61,630 bases of DNA, filler included, from Globobulimina sp. (GCA_003354225.1; 23 parts of 23 records of this genome joined end to end with filler, not necessarily neighbours in it), one strand, 5' to 3'. Numbered from the whole stretch's first letter, positions 11,273 to 24,287 are shown. Notes: a model not told the origin generated them from the letters alone. A program made the numbers and translations.

Positions 11273-12845
11273 TAATCAACACAACATTCGGAAACAACCA
11301 CCGTGTGGCTCCATCTCTATACCCAATAACATTTACTTTGCCGGTATGTTTGGTGCCTTCCAACAACACTCGCATATTCACACTCCGCGATGTCAATCTT
11401 CCCTTCCATTGATCCGATTGCAAATGAACCGGTGAACCCAATGTCCGTCGCACGATAACATGTGATTTCAATTGCTCCAACACATAATTTGCTAAGCCCG
11501 GCGGTGTCCTATAATGCCACCTCCATAAAGCAAATATGCAGCCAATAGGAGCAATGGGCCATATATAATACGGTATCGATGCAAATATCTCCCTTCTACT
11601 CTGCGTAAACCAATGCATCAATGGAAATAAATCCGGTGGGCAGCGCACCACTGACAACTTATCAAAATCTCTTTCCATCTCGTCGTCAAAATCCACTTTA
11701 ATGATCTCCTCATCCATATGCACCTCAAATCGGCAGATACCTTCCAATGACTGTTCTGTGTCATAAATGATAACAATCCGAATCAATCCCTCCTTCTCTG
11801 ATTGAGCCCAAACCTATGCATTCAATTTGCATTCGAGAGCAAAATAACTGATAAGTTGCATGAAAAATAGGCCTAACTTCGTGAACAAATCTAGCTCTAA
11901 AATTATTCCGATCGGCAGGTGGCAATTTAGATAATTTCGCTTCAGTAATACTGCCTAAATGTTGCACAATTTTGTCATGTTTGCTTAACTTATCAATCAC
12001 AAATTGAATATGCTGTGTCTTATCACTTGTTTGCAGAGCTTGATTATCGTCAATCAGTTGAGGAGTGTTGAAATAATAAGTTACACCAAAAGCAACCATG
12101 CCCGCAACCATCAAATATATAAATATCCACAATTTGACAGGTATTCCGAGCCATTCTTCGACTCTCCAATGTCGCATCGTGACCAATCCACCAAAGACTT
12201 TGTAATATTTATGCACTTCGGTGTAAATGTACTCTTTTGTGGCTTTCTTGTTTGCGCCATATTTGCGTTTCACATTATCTGCAGAGGACAAAGCGCGGCC
12301 AATCTTGGCAATGCCCAAATTGGTTTGAATCAAACCTTTGTTGCGCATGGTCTGTTTTTCTCGCTGCTTCCAGTCACCGCGCGGTTCAATCAAACGCAAT
12401 TTGACCAAACGATCGACCCATTTGTCTTTCCACGTGTATTTTTCTAAGATATTGTCGGCATCGGACGTGCCGTCTGGCGCTTTGCCGAAATATTTGTCAA
12501 TTACATATTTATAATAAAGTGTTTTTAATGAAACAGAATCGTTTTTGCCTTTCGCTTCATTTGTTAATATCACATTTGTTGTTTTCTTTTTTTTTCTGAT
12601 TGATGGTAATTGTGTGTCTGTTGTGGTTATTGCTGGTTCTGTGGTTACGTTGTTTTCAGAGTTTGGTTGTTTTTCTGTTTGTGTCTGTCTGTCTTTTTTT
12701 TGATGTGTTGTAATTATGATAATCAAAGGTAAGTGGATGGGAATATTTACCTCAATGACAGCAATTGTAACTTGTTATAGCTACATGGATTAATGTTTGT
12801 ATTCGTTTTGATGTAAGTTATTCTCCTTTGAAGCAGCCGTAGCAT
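11268..12845 (-). CDS. Putative mitochondrial inner-membrane protein with two TM + TIM21/COA1-like modules; frameshift at about 11789; 3' end replaced by typA
   Basis: Exon 1 MLRLLQRRITYIK... looks like a presequence (donor gtaaat near 12750). Two repeats of TM followed by V.(D/E).L..H..(I/V)...LGS....G....G.(V/I).(V/I), which is the TIM21/COA1 pattern. Confidence 0.55.
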
Positions 12846-13519
12846 GGTTTGAATTTTCAAAAAAAAACGTTTTTTAGTCAGGTAGCAGTAAAAAACCTAA
12901 TCCTCATTCTTTATACCTTAAATTGTACGAAACGAATGGGCAATCAGTTGACTAATTCATTATATAATCAGTTAACTAATTATATTTTTAATTTTAACGT
13001 ACATGCAAATTTATTTAATAAAATTCTGTGCCGCCTTCAGGAACGACACATGTTGCTCTGTGCAACAAAAACAACAACCTTCCAAATTATCAAACCTATT
13101 GAAAAGCCACTGCCAAGACAACGAAACAGGACACAATGATAATTTTATTATCAAACACACCCAAAATAACAGAGATTATGATAACGATATTATTCAATCA
13201 ACAGCAGACCAGAGACGCCTTGTATTTATCAGCTTAATTGGTCTGTATTCTTCGTGGAAATTAGTACCATCCGTTTCATTATACACCGCCTTACTAATTA
13301 TACCATTAAAAAAAGTATGGATTTATNNNNNNNNNNNNNNNNNNNNNNNNNNNNNNNNNNNNNNNNNNNNTTAATTAATTAANNNNNNNNNNNNNNNNNN
13401 NNNNNNNNNNNNNNNNNNNNNNNNNNACATTTGTGTGTTTCCATAACCATTTTCACAGAAAATCTTTGCTGAATTAACTAGCTCAAGATGTCGATTGTTT
13501 AATTTGTTTTTTGTAGAAA

Positions 13520-16011
13520 ATGATTCCTGAACGCAATGCTCTCCTCGAAGAACTCGGCACGAACGCAGTCGAATGCCAAACCTTGAGCCATTTATTACAA
13601 TCCGCGTATCAGGGCCGCTATGACCCAATTGAGCTAAGCGCCGCCTTCAAGAAACACCAACATTCATTAACAAATCCATTATCCCACAAGACGCGCGATG
13701 ACCAATCCATGCAATTCATTGTCAACAACCGCAATAATTACCAATTACGTGGCATTTATCGCAGATTTCATTTATCCGATCAAGACCTCAATTTAATCAA
13801 CAAATTCTCTGAAAAAACTAACCTAAATCAAAAATACATTGTTGCATATTTGCGCGATGCACGCGTTTACATCGAAACGCAACGCCAACAGCAACAGCAG
13901 ACACAATTACATTTATCCTTTGCCTCCACCAACACCCAAACTAGCACAGACATTCCCAAAATACGCCAATTCATCAAAGACGCATACTTCAATGCACGTA
14001 AACTACGCTTGAAAGTGCTGCGCGAATTGATTGTGGTTTACGACCGTATCACTCCCAAAGCAGACGACAACAAAATGCAAGCTCAAGAAAACGAGATCAT
14101 ATATCCCAAAGAACTAAGAAACTTAATCTCGGAGCTGGTGCAGCATCTATTTGCAAACAATTTTATCACAAATATTTGTAATTCCATCAAAGTTAAGACA
14201 TATTTACATTGCTCAGCAAATACAGTAATGATTCCATACACTGTTAACAGGTTATTTTAGATCATAATGATAGGTCATTCTCAGAACTATATGAGCCCGA
14301 AATATGTGATTGTTTGGCCATTTTATATGCCATTTCACAGCGAATCGAGTGTAATTTCATGGACATTGAAGCATTGCTAAAATTATTTGTCAGTCTCATT
14401 GAGCACAGAGAATTTACGCAGTCCCATCGTATCCGGGGTTGTAGCTATTTATTATCACTGTCATTGTATCAATTATTGGACCCATCCGATCATTCCCCAT
14501 ATATCCACCCACGCAACAACAGCGAGATCGGTCCGAACAATGTCTTAAACGGTCCAAACTCTGACCAATTATCGCTTAAATTGAACACAATCACCAACGA
14601 GCTATCCGCCATTAGCAAAGCAAAAAACGCACAGCGACATTCCGCCTCGTTTCTATTATTAATCATCGTCATTATTTACAAAATCAAAGCCAAAGTTGAA
14701 CAGAAAAACGTATGTAAATCCCTTGCAAATGGACAGTAAAAGTAAACGGATTTTAAATTCACATGAATTATGCACAAACACTAAACAGTACAACTCCAAA
14801 TATTGCGGCATCGCGCTACGCCACGGGGCCTTAGAGGGGCTATACAAAGACCTCTTGACTTCGCCAGTGCTCTCTGAGGAATTCACCGAGATGAAACATA
14901 CGTTGTTCGTGACCTTAGCCGACTGTTTCTGCGAATTGTTTGAATTATGCGACAAAGACACGCGCGATTACTACGCGCGCGAAAAAAAAACCGTGTCTCA
15001 GTATCACAATCAGCGCACTCCGAGCCACAAGAAGGCGCACCGCGGCCTGACCACCATGTTGCATGTCTTGATCTATCTGTCGCATCACAGCCATTCCTTT
15101 TGCGACATGTTCATCAAGAACGCGGCGGGGAAGTCGTTTATAGAGTTCCTCGACAATACGGCGGATTTACCGACGCCGTGGTTCCATTTATACGCGCAAT
15201 TCATCTACGAATTGGCGCAGAAACAGGCCCAGTTGGTCTATGAGCACATCACGACGGAGAAGTGCGAGAAGTTGACCATCGACGCCATCTGGCAGATCTT
15301 GGAGAAGACGGCGCAGATTTACATCGCCAAGCAAGTGTCGTCGCAGATGTTTGACATCAATGAGAATATGAACAGCATGAACACGGATAACAGCAACCCG
15401 TATCAGAAGCTGTTGAACCAGGAACGCATGAATACAATGATGAGCACTATGAACAGCACGGCGAGCAATATGGGGCAGGTCGTGTGGACCGAGCCGCCTT
15501 TGATGAACGAGCAGGAAGTGAGGATCGTGTGTGCTGTGTTGAAGGTGTTGGAGGCCATGGGTTGCATTGATGCGGTCAAACAACAGATTGATTATCAACA
15601 TCGGCCGCCGGGCATTATCTGTCTGTTGTTCCGCTTGTTGAAGTGCTCAGTGCCCACACAAGTGCAGGCCGCTACGATTTCGTGTATCAGCGCGTTTTGT
15701 GTGGGGGTGTCTGGACAGGCGGATAAAGTGTGGGAGTTACTGGAACGCGATCAGGTTTTGTACACACAGCGGCAGAAAAATCAACCCATCACAAAGGTAA
15801 GTGACACTCTCTGCATTTTGAGTGTGAAGTGGCCATTATCAAAGCTTGAGTGTGTAAAGTTTTTTTTTTAGTGGAAATGTTGAAATCGGGCTGTGAACAC
15901 ATTTTGTACTGTTTTTTTGTGATTTTTAGGGCGTGGAGTTAGATATTATTCAAGGGGAGAAACATTGCGCCGATGCCATATATCCAGTGACGGTCTCGTT
16001 TTGTAAATTAT
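13520..16011 (+). CDS. NUP205: Nucleoporin Nup205/Nup192, 3'-partial
   Basis: LFRLLKCSVPTQVQAATISCISAF...KVWELLERDQVL...GVELDI...YPVTVSFCKL matches Nup205. In-frame introns at 14192-14250, 14710-14788 and about 15796-15929. Confidence 0.8.
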
Positions 16012-16111
16012 NNNNNNNNNNNNNNNNNNNNNNNNNNNNNNNNNNNNNNNNNNNNTTAATTAATTAANNNNNNNNNNNNNNNNNNNNNNNNNNNNNNNNN
16101 NNNNNNNNNNN

Positions 16112-16881
16112 ATATATTTTTATTGCCAGATGGTGATAATTCCATTGTGGTGGTTCCATCGGCAAATGCTTTGTGGCCAAATAAATTCACAAACATTCAA
16201 ATTGAAACAATAAAAAAGAGTGACTGCGTATTATTACAAAGAGAAATTCCGGAAAAATATAACATTAAAATTGCAAAGTTAGCAAAAGAAAATAATGTTT
16301 GCGTAGTATTAGATGTTGGTGGCGAAGACAGTAAGATATCGTTAGAATTGTTGTGTTTGGTCGATATATTATCGCCGAATGAAACTGAATTGCAACGGTT
16401 AATAAATTATTATGATGCAAATGCAAATGCAAATAATAAATATAAATATAATATATTAACCTCAAAATATTCGACGCTTAAAAAAATTAAGAATGCCTGT
16501 TATATGTTGCAATCCTTTAATAAAAATATGAATATTTTAGTAAAACGAGGTGAAAAAGGTTGCGTTTTTATCGATAATAAGGGAAATATGATAAATCAAT
16601 GTGCGCTCAAATTAAATAACAATGACATCCGTGATACAACGGGAGCCGGTGACTGTTTTACTGGCTCATTTACTGTGGAATGGATTCGGCAACAAAAATT
16701 AATGGACATTTGGAAGAAAAATGAGGTTGCAATTGATGATGATATCAGATTGCAATGTATTGCAAATGCAATGAAGTTTGGCAATGTCGCTGCTGGCTTA
16801 TCCGTACAGAAAAAAGGCACTATTGCAAGTATTCCGGATTTAAAAGATGTTATCTGCTCTGTTTTACAAACTCAATTATAA
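16112..16881 (+). CDS. RBKS: Ribokinase (PfkB family), 5'-partial
   Basis: DGDNSIVVVPSAN, LLQREIP, ILSPNETEL, DTTGAGDCFTG, SVQKKGT..SIP. Confidence 0.92.
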
Positions 16882-16933
16882 ATGGAAGTTATTGAACTTT
16901 ATTTATGTAATTTATATCATTGAACTCAATATA

Positions 16934-18651
16934 TTAATCCATCCATGTTTTCTTCTCTGGAGGTGTCCATTTCGTAGTAACTTTCCGTCTCCATGTAAAA
17001 AATTGAACTGCTCCATCAGCCGTAATATCGGAATCACCAAACTTCGATGCATTGATTCCGCCAAAGGCAAACGGTTCGCGTGGCACAGGCACGCCAATGT
17101 TTACTCCAATCATGCCCGCACTAAACCGTTTTTGAAACCACAATGCATTCTCACCAGTCGATGTATAAATGCATGCAGCATTTCCATAACCATTTCTATT
17201 CTCAATTTCAATGGCTTCCTCTCTATTTTTACACACATAAACACTTAAAACTGGCCCAAATATCTCCTCACACATTCCTTGATGTCTACTATCATTAAAA
17301 CAAATGACCGTCGGTCCAATCCAATTGCCACTGCTTGCTTTGCCATACATATCGATCCATTTTCTGCCATCCAATATTATTTTATGCCCATCCTTCTCTG
17401 CACTGTCAATATATCCTTTTATTCGATTTAGCGATGTTTCATCAATAACCGGGCCTAATTCTCGCTTTTCAATACCAGGCTTTAACTCTGCTGCTTTACG
17501 AACAACTTCGTGTAACAATTTTGTTTGTTCCTCCACACATAACAGGACCGATGCCGCCATGCATCGTTGTCCGGTGCAGCCGCAAAATGAATTTACAATG
17601 TCCGATGATGTCATATCGATGTTACAGTCTTTGACTGCAACCAAATGATTCTTAGCTCCGCCTAAACATAAACAGCGCTTGGGACTAAGCAGCGATTTGC
17701 ATCGATTATACACAATTTGTGCAATTTTTGTGCTGCCAACAAAAGTGACTGCTGCAACCTCTTTGTGATCAATCAAAGCATTCACCACTGTTTCTTTGCC
17801 ATTTACAATCTGAAAAACGCCGTTTGGAAAGCCAGCGAGTGACATATATTCGGCGAACTTACTCATTGTTAAAGGCACTTTCTCCGACGGTTTCAAGATA
17901 TATGTATTACCACATGCACTGACAAAATAATATAGCAAAGTTACAAAGCATTTGTTGAGAAATATAAATTGTATTAACATTGCAATTGGCATGGTCCACA
18001 TTGGTACCATTAGCGGGAAATTAAATGGTACGATGGAAGCGCAGACACCGTGCGGTTCATAGAATTCAGTGCATTGGACACCGTTGGAAACCTCTAATAT
18101 TTTGCCACTGATAATATTGGGCATGCCACAGGCCTGTACAGTATGCAGTATATGCAATGTTGATATTTATTTCGTTTGCATGGGTAACGTAACATATTGA
18201 ACAGTTTCATTTCCTTTGCGTATTGATCCTAAGGCTTCAGCTCTGTTTTTGCCATGTTCTAACATTATTAGTTCAGCTAATTCATCCTCTTTTTCTTGTA
18301 AAATTTGGTATAACTTTAATAATGGTTTTACTCTTTCTTTTACTGTCCATTTGCTCCATTTCTCAAAAGCTTCACGTGCTGCTTGGACTGCGATTGCTAC
18401 GTCTTTCTTGTTGGACATTGCAACCTTACCAATTACGGAATTGTCATGCGGTGTAGTTACGGGGAGATAGTATTGCGCGGAGGGCGGAAGAAACTTGTAA
18501 TTGTATGTATGAATAGAAAACAATAATTATTGTGTTATATTTAAAGAAAGTATATGCTAACTTCTCCGTTGATGTAATTGTCACATTGTATTGGATGTTG
18601 AGGTTTGTTTGGCGTTGGGATGATTGAATCAGACTTTTTTTCTTCTGCCAT
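16934..18651 (-). CDS. ALDH6A1: Methylmalonate-semialdehyde dehydrogenase (acylating)
   Basis: PFNFPLMVPMW, LKPSEKVP, FVGST, GAKNHL, GQRCMA, EEIFGPV, GVNIGVPVP. Introns at 18494-18561, 18134-18193 and 17919-17978. Confidence 0.95.
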
Positions 18652-18796
18652 GCCGATGGTTTCGGCTAACTTTGAATTAATCTGAAGTGCGCTAGCNNNN
18701 NNNNNNNNNNNNNNNNNNNNNNNNNNNNNNNNNNNNNNNNTTAATTAATTAANNNNNNNNNNNNNNNNNNNNNNNNNNNNNNNNNNNNNNNNNNNN

Positions 18797-19961
18797 GGGC
18801 ACATTGGCCACAATAATACCAATCAAAAAGACCACGTTGGCCACCAAGTCCTGGTTCTCCACCATGCCGATGATGAAGAAGGAGATGCCTAACATGAAGG
18901 CGATGAGCGAGACCTTGAACACGAAGTCCTTGATCTCCTTCGCGATGGGCGTCTCTTCCCCTTCCGTGCTGGTCGCCAACTGCGCCGTGCGACCCATGAA
19001 GGTCTCGTCGCCGGTCGCGATCACCAAGCCGGTGCCCTTTCCATTCACCACTAAGGTGCCGAAGAAGACCAAATTGGCAGACTCGGCGGGAGTGTTATCG
19101 GACGGCTTCCATTCTCGCTTTTGCGGCTCAGACTCGCCGGTCAAGGACGAATTGTCCACTTCCATGTCGGGCGTACAATCCACGATGCGCAAATCGGCGG
19201 GCAACGCCATACCTAAATGCAACTCGCAGATGTCGCCGGGCACCAAATCGATGGGCTCGAGTTCCAGCTTCTTGTTGTCTCGCGTCACGATCACGTTCTT
19301 CGGCTTCATTTTGGATAAACTGCCCATCAAATCGGCAGATTTGGACTCTTGGTAATAACCGAAGATACCGGTCAAGGTCACCACCACTGCTAATACGATA
19401 CCTAAATACATCTATTTTTTGTATATGAATTGTATTGCGAATTTGCGAGGGTATTTACAAAAAAAATGGATGGATAAATCAATTAACATTTGTGGCGTCT
19501 TTGATATCGGATTGATCGATACCATATGCGATGAAACATAAAACCGCGCCAAACCATAATAAGATGTTGAAGAAACCACCGAATATGGATTTGATTAATC
19601 GCAACCACCACGGATCATGTTTGGGCGGTGTTAACTCGTTGGGACCGTATTTGATTAAGAACTCAGCGGCTTTTTCAGTGCTTAAACCTTTCTCTAAACT
19701 GGTCTCGAACTCTTTCTCTAATGTGGCTTTGTCGTAAGTATGCGCTAAAGTATGGTACGCTTTTTTTAATTCCTTGGCGGCCTCTTTTTTACTAATCTTG
19801 CCTGCTTTTAATCGGTCTTCTACCACTTCTTTTTTTTGCGCTTGTTTGAATTTTAATTCCTCGGCGGCTGCAATCACATCGGATGAGGAGTATCGTTCTT
19901 GAGGTTCGATCTCTTCATCGTCGCCGGTTGGTTTATGCACCAAATTGGTTGCTTCAGACAT
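18797..19961 (-). CDS. ATP1A: Na+/K+-ATPase alpha subunit (P2C), 3'-partial
   Basis: GPNELTPP, FGYYQESKS, VDNSSLTGESEPQ, TPIAKEI, FLIGIIVANVP. Intron at about 19412-19487. Confidence 0.93.
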
Positions 19962-20467
19962 GAATCAGTTAATATCCAATACAGATATTGTTATATATAT
20001 AATATATATGTCAATGAGATGGATGTATTGTAAACTATATGTCTCTCTCAGTTGGGTGTGACTAGAGGATCAAAGAAAAAAAGGGTGGTTGAAGATGTTT
20101 TTATGAGAAGGTTTCCCAAAAAAACAAAGTTAACAAACTGTTTGACAGTGTGCAAATCGAAAACCGAAACTGAAACTGAAGGAGCCTGAAAGAGTAACAC
20201 GCTGTTTTTTTTGTATATGTATATACACCATCACGCAGGGATTTATGGACGAATTTTTAGGTAAATCCACGTATATAGAACAGCCTCTGAACTGAACAGG
20301 ACCAATAACGCCAAAAAATCTAATATAACACCTCAATATGGCGTTACCCTGACTTACCCACAAATAAAATAAATTTGGTTCATATATTTGGTTCATACAC
20401 AAATTTACACGGATTGGCTATTTAATCAATTTTAATGTTACCGAAAATTCAATTATAAATTTGTTCT

Positions 20468-20584
20468 GACTTTGTTCTGGATTTGCAAACCCAAGACAAA
20501 GTTATAACAAACACAGACCAAACCCAAGGCAAATCTATATCAAACTGTTTTTGGATTTGCAAAGCGTTTGTCAGATAATTGAAT
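20468..20584. repeat. Solo copy of the terminal repeat of the element at 21482-22853
   Basis: gactttgttctggatttgcaaacccaagacaa...ggatttgcaaagcgtttgtcagataattgaat matches 22768-22853 and the reverse complement of 21482-21568. Confidence 0.85.
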
Positions 20585-20720
20585 AAAATGTATACAACTT
20601 ATCGACCAGGGGGGGTTATCTTTTGAAATATATCGTTTACTGTACCTAGTTGAATTATTTAACATAGTTTTCCAAACTGTTTTTTTTTTAATTTTCACTA
20701 ACAAACTATTACAAATCGCC

Positions 20721-21381
20721 ATGGCAACACAACCTGGTAATTTTCATTATAATCAGCGTCAACAGTCTACGCCAGTCAATCACCATAATAATATGTACAA
20801 TAACAACATGAGTCCACACCACACTCCGCAGAATACAGATCCTGACCAAATCCAACAACTTCCTTCATTGCAATTGCTCCAATTATCACAACCCATTGGT
20901 CCAAAACATCAACCCGAAGTATTCAATTACAACAACAACAATAACAACAATACTAATAAAAAAAAAACCAATCATAAAAACAAACCTAAAAACCATAAAA
21001 AAAAAACAAATCGCAAAAATAAAAACAAACACAAACGCAAACGACACAAAAAGAGTTTACCCAACAAACCATTGCCTGACTTGCCACCATCAACGCATCA
21101 ACGCCAACGCTCCAAATCTGACCAAATCCTCCAGGCTCATGCTTTAAATGCAATCAAATACGAAAACAACATCCATCAACACCACCATGTACAGCAAATC
21201 GCCTTTCAACCGCACGTATATAACAACAATGGCTACACCAACAACTACAACCTCTATCACAACAACAACCATTACCACAACAACCACCACGGCAATCAGA
21301 TGCAAACCCGCGGCAAATCAAACACCGTCCATCTCATCAACAATTACAGCGGAAAGGCCAGAACCAGTGACATACGCCACG
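20721..21381 (+). CDS. Low-complexity N/H/Q-rich N-terminus of a protein, 3'-partial
   Basis: ATG-initiated ORF open to the contig end. Includes a basic tract and NKPLPDLPP. Confidence 0.65.
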
Positions 21382-21481
21382 NNNNNNNNNNNNNNNNNNN
21401 NNNNNNNNNNNNNNNNNNNNNNNNNTTAATTAATTAANNNNNNNNNNNNNNNNNNNNNNNNNNNNNNNNNNNNNNNNNNNN

Positions 21482-22853
21482 TGATTCAATTATCTGAGAA
21501 ACGCTTTGCAAATCCAGGAACGTTTTTTTATAGGCTTGTCTTGGGTTTGCAAATCCAGAACAAAGTCAATTGAACAAAATTCAGCAAAAAGTGCGAACAT
21601 AACTCAGAAAGTGCGGACAAACAGGAATTAATGCAAATGTGTCATGAAGCTGCACTTAGAGTAAAAGATATTTTTTTATGGATATATTGCCCAAAACTCC
21701 TAAGGGAGCATGTCAAAAAGATGTAATCGCTATATTGCATATTTTGAAATTGGTCCCCCACACAATCCATGGTACCATTGTGACTGACAATTCCAATCCA
21801 TCGCAATCGCAATTCCAATCACATCTATATGTGGTACTCCATTTATATGGTCTATAATCTTTACTCTAGTAGTTAGTTTGAAGTAGATTTTCTACTAAAA
21901 AAAAAAAAACCACCCTCGTCGAGAAAATGGTCCCCCACCTTATCGATTACATCTTTTTGACATGCTCCCTAACTGATAACTCTGTCAGTTACACTTCAAA
22001 TATATAACACTGCGCAGCCTCGACGAATTGATGAGGAAAATAAACATCTGACCACTGTCACAAATCTGTATTATCACACATTCACACTAGTATGTCACGT
22101 ATGTGTCAGCTAGTTTGTTAATCGTTTGAGAAATCAACATTGTTTTTTAAAAGATGAGCAGTAAAAACAAAACAAAAATAGTTATAGGAAACAACAAAAA
22201 CATCCATAAGTATACAAAAAAAATATTTATTTTTTGAGCAATAGCTAGGTTTAGATGGAGGTGGTGCGTCTTCTTTAGTGGTGAGGTTGTTGTGCTTGAT
22301 TAGCATTATCTTTCTTAAAAATGCAACTTGTTGTTTATTTTTTGCATTTTTTTGTGAATTTGGCATACAGTGGTGTATAGGATAAGATGAAGACGGCATG
22401 ATCAAATATTACTGGACGAACTTTTCCATACAATTTATTTTTTGACACAATTTTTAGTAGCATTTTGTTTGAATGCACGTATATTAAATAAATCAATTAA
22501 ATTCAAATTTTAAATAAATCAAATAACACCTGCATGTTACAAAACAAAAGACCCAAACCTGCATGTCAACTCAAACACAAACTCAACCAAACCATAGCCA
22601 AGCCACTTGAACCATGCTTGCGTGCATTGTTAAAAATTGCGACCCAATGGTTGGGTCGACTTTGATTTCACCTAGAAAAGTTTTTCAGTGAGGTTAAATG
22701 TCAATAATGAATGACACTGCTAAACTCATATTCAATTTCTTGATTGTTATAAATAAAATAGCTATACAACTTTGTTTTGGATTTACAAACCCAAGACAAA
22801 CCTATAGAAAACCGTTTCTAGATTTACAAAGCGTTTCTCAGATAATTGAATCA
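21482..22853. mobile_element. Non-autonomous DNA transposon-like element with about 85-bp terminal inverted repeats
   Basis: Left end tgattcaattatctgagaaacgctttgcaaatc...ttgtcttgggtttgcaaatccagaacaaag is the near-perfect reverse complement of 22768-22853. No transposase inside. TSD cannot be checked because the left end is at the contig edge. Confidence 0.75.
21704..21969. mobile_element. PIF/Harbinger (Tourist-like) MITE nested in the larger element
   Basis: Perfect 26-bp TIRs GGGAGCATGTCAAAAAGATGTAATCG. TAA on both flanks (21701-21703 and 21970-21972). Confidence 0.9.
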
Positions 22854-22981
22854 AATGAATCACATCTTAAATGAATAATATGAGTTATCTTAAATGAATC
22901 ACAAAATTACATCATGACAAGCAACACAGTAAAAAACATCACATGCATGACATATGCGGATAGATTATGTCTTGTACATAT

Positions 22982-24052
22982 TCACAAATCAACTCCCGTT
23001 CTCATGTCGTTATTTTCCGGCGTCGCAGAGCCAGATCCACAATCTTTGAGTTCTATTCCATCAAACTTCTTTTTTAAGTTTGTGTCAAATGCAAAATAGA
23101 TTTCTTTTGCATAGACTGAATAGGAAATGAGCGCACAAACAATGCCTATGGCCATTCCACAAACTACATCGACAGCAAAATGTTTGTAATCAATAATCCG
23201 TGTGATGCCAATATAAATTGCTAACATTGTTGGCGTGAATAAAATGAATGTGGATAAGATTGGCATCTCTCTTAATGCAAACCATACATATAACAGATAA
23301 TAACTATGCGGATTGTCACAACGTAGCAAAGGTGCTCCTTGCAATTGGTTATAGTAAATATGCTGTGCGTATTCATTCGATTTGTACATCATAAACGATA
23401 ATAAAAATAATAAACACATTGATAGCGAAGCGTGGCCAGAGGGGAAGGAAACTTTTGCATCACTCAATTCGTCCTCGTCAATCAAGCTTTGCTCAAATTG
23501 AGTCATTGCAGTCTGATAATATGGTCGCGGAGAGCCCACCGAACATTTGATAATCCCGGTGATGATCATTGTGATTCCAAAAGTAAAGAATGCCATTCGA
23601 TTCATAAAAAAAAAGTGTTTCAACCATTTTTTGAACACAAAAGAGCTGTCGAAAAAATAAAATAATATTAAATCAACAATAAACAATATATACCACGGCA
23701 TTGACAAACAGAGAATTAAGGTGAGTGCTGATATGGTCTCTGTAATGTTGGGTGCTTCGTAAATGGCTGAATTGGGCACATCGATGGTGCGCACATGCAT
23801 AATATAGCCAGCATAAAATAAAAGTGCAATAATAACGATTACTATGATAAGGAAACATTCTCCGAGTTGACTGCGCTTTGATCTTTCAAAGTAATTCACT
23901 TTCGACGCTGAGACAGAGACTGAGCACAAGTGGAAGTTTTTAAATACAACAAACAAAAATATAAATATTATATTATATTACAATCTGCTTCATATAGTAC
24001 TTTGTATACTGTGTTCAATTTCAATCCGATTCTTTTTTAATTTATTTCCCAT
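22982..24052 (-). CDS. PAP2-family lipid phosphate phosphatase
   Basis: KCSVGSPRP, SFPSGH and TRIIDYKHFAVDV are the C1-C3 motifs, with multiple TM helices. Probable short first exon MGNKLKKNR from 24052. Confidence 0.9.
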
Positions 24053-24287
24053 TGATTTCTCTGCAGNNNNNNNNNNNNNNNNNNNNNNNNNNNNNNNNNN
24101 NNNNNNNNNNTTAATTAATTAANNNNNNNNNNNNNNNNNNNNNNNNNNNNNNNNNNNNNNNNNNNNATAGGCATTGCTAATATACGCAAAAGCTTGCACA
24201 TTGCGCGTGACACCACTACGATGCTCATCCTGCACCCAATAAAAGTCCAAATCCGAGGTGTAAACACCATAACCATCATACTGTCAT

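Noticed and set aside
18804..19355. Long antisense ORFs (also 678-1058, 15188-15601, 33373-33663, 36276-36836, 54298-54660)
   Set aside because: These are shadows of real genes on the opposite strand and show no independent protein features.
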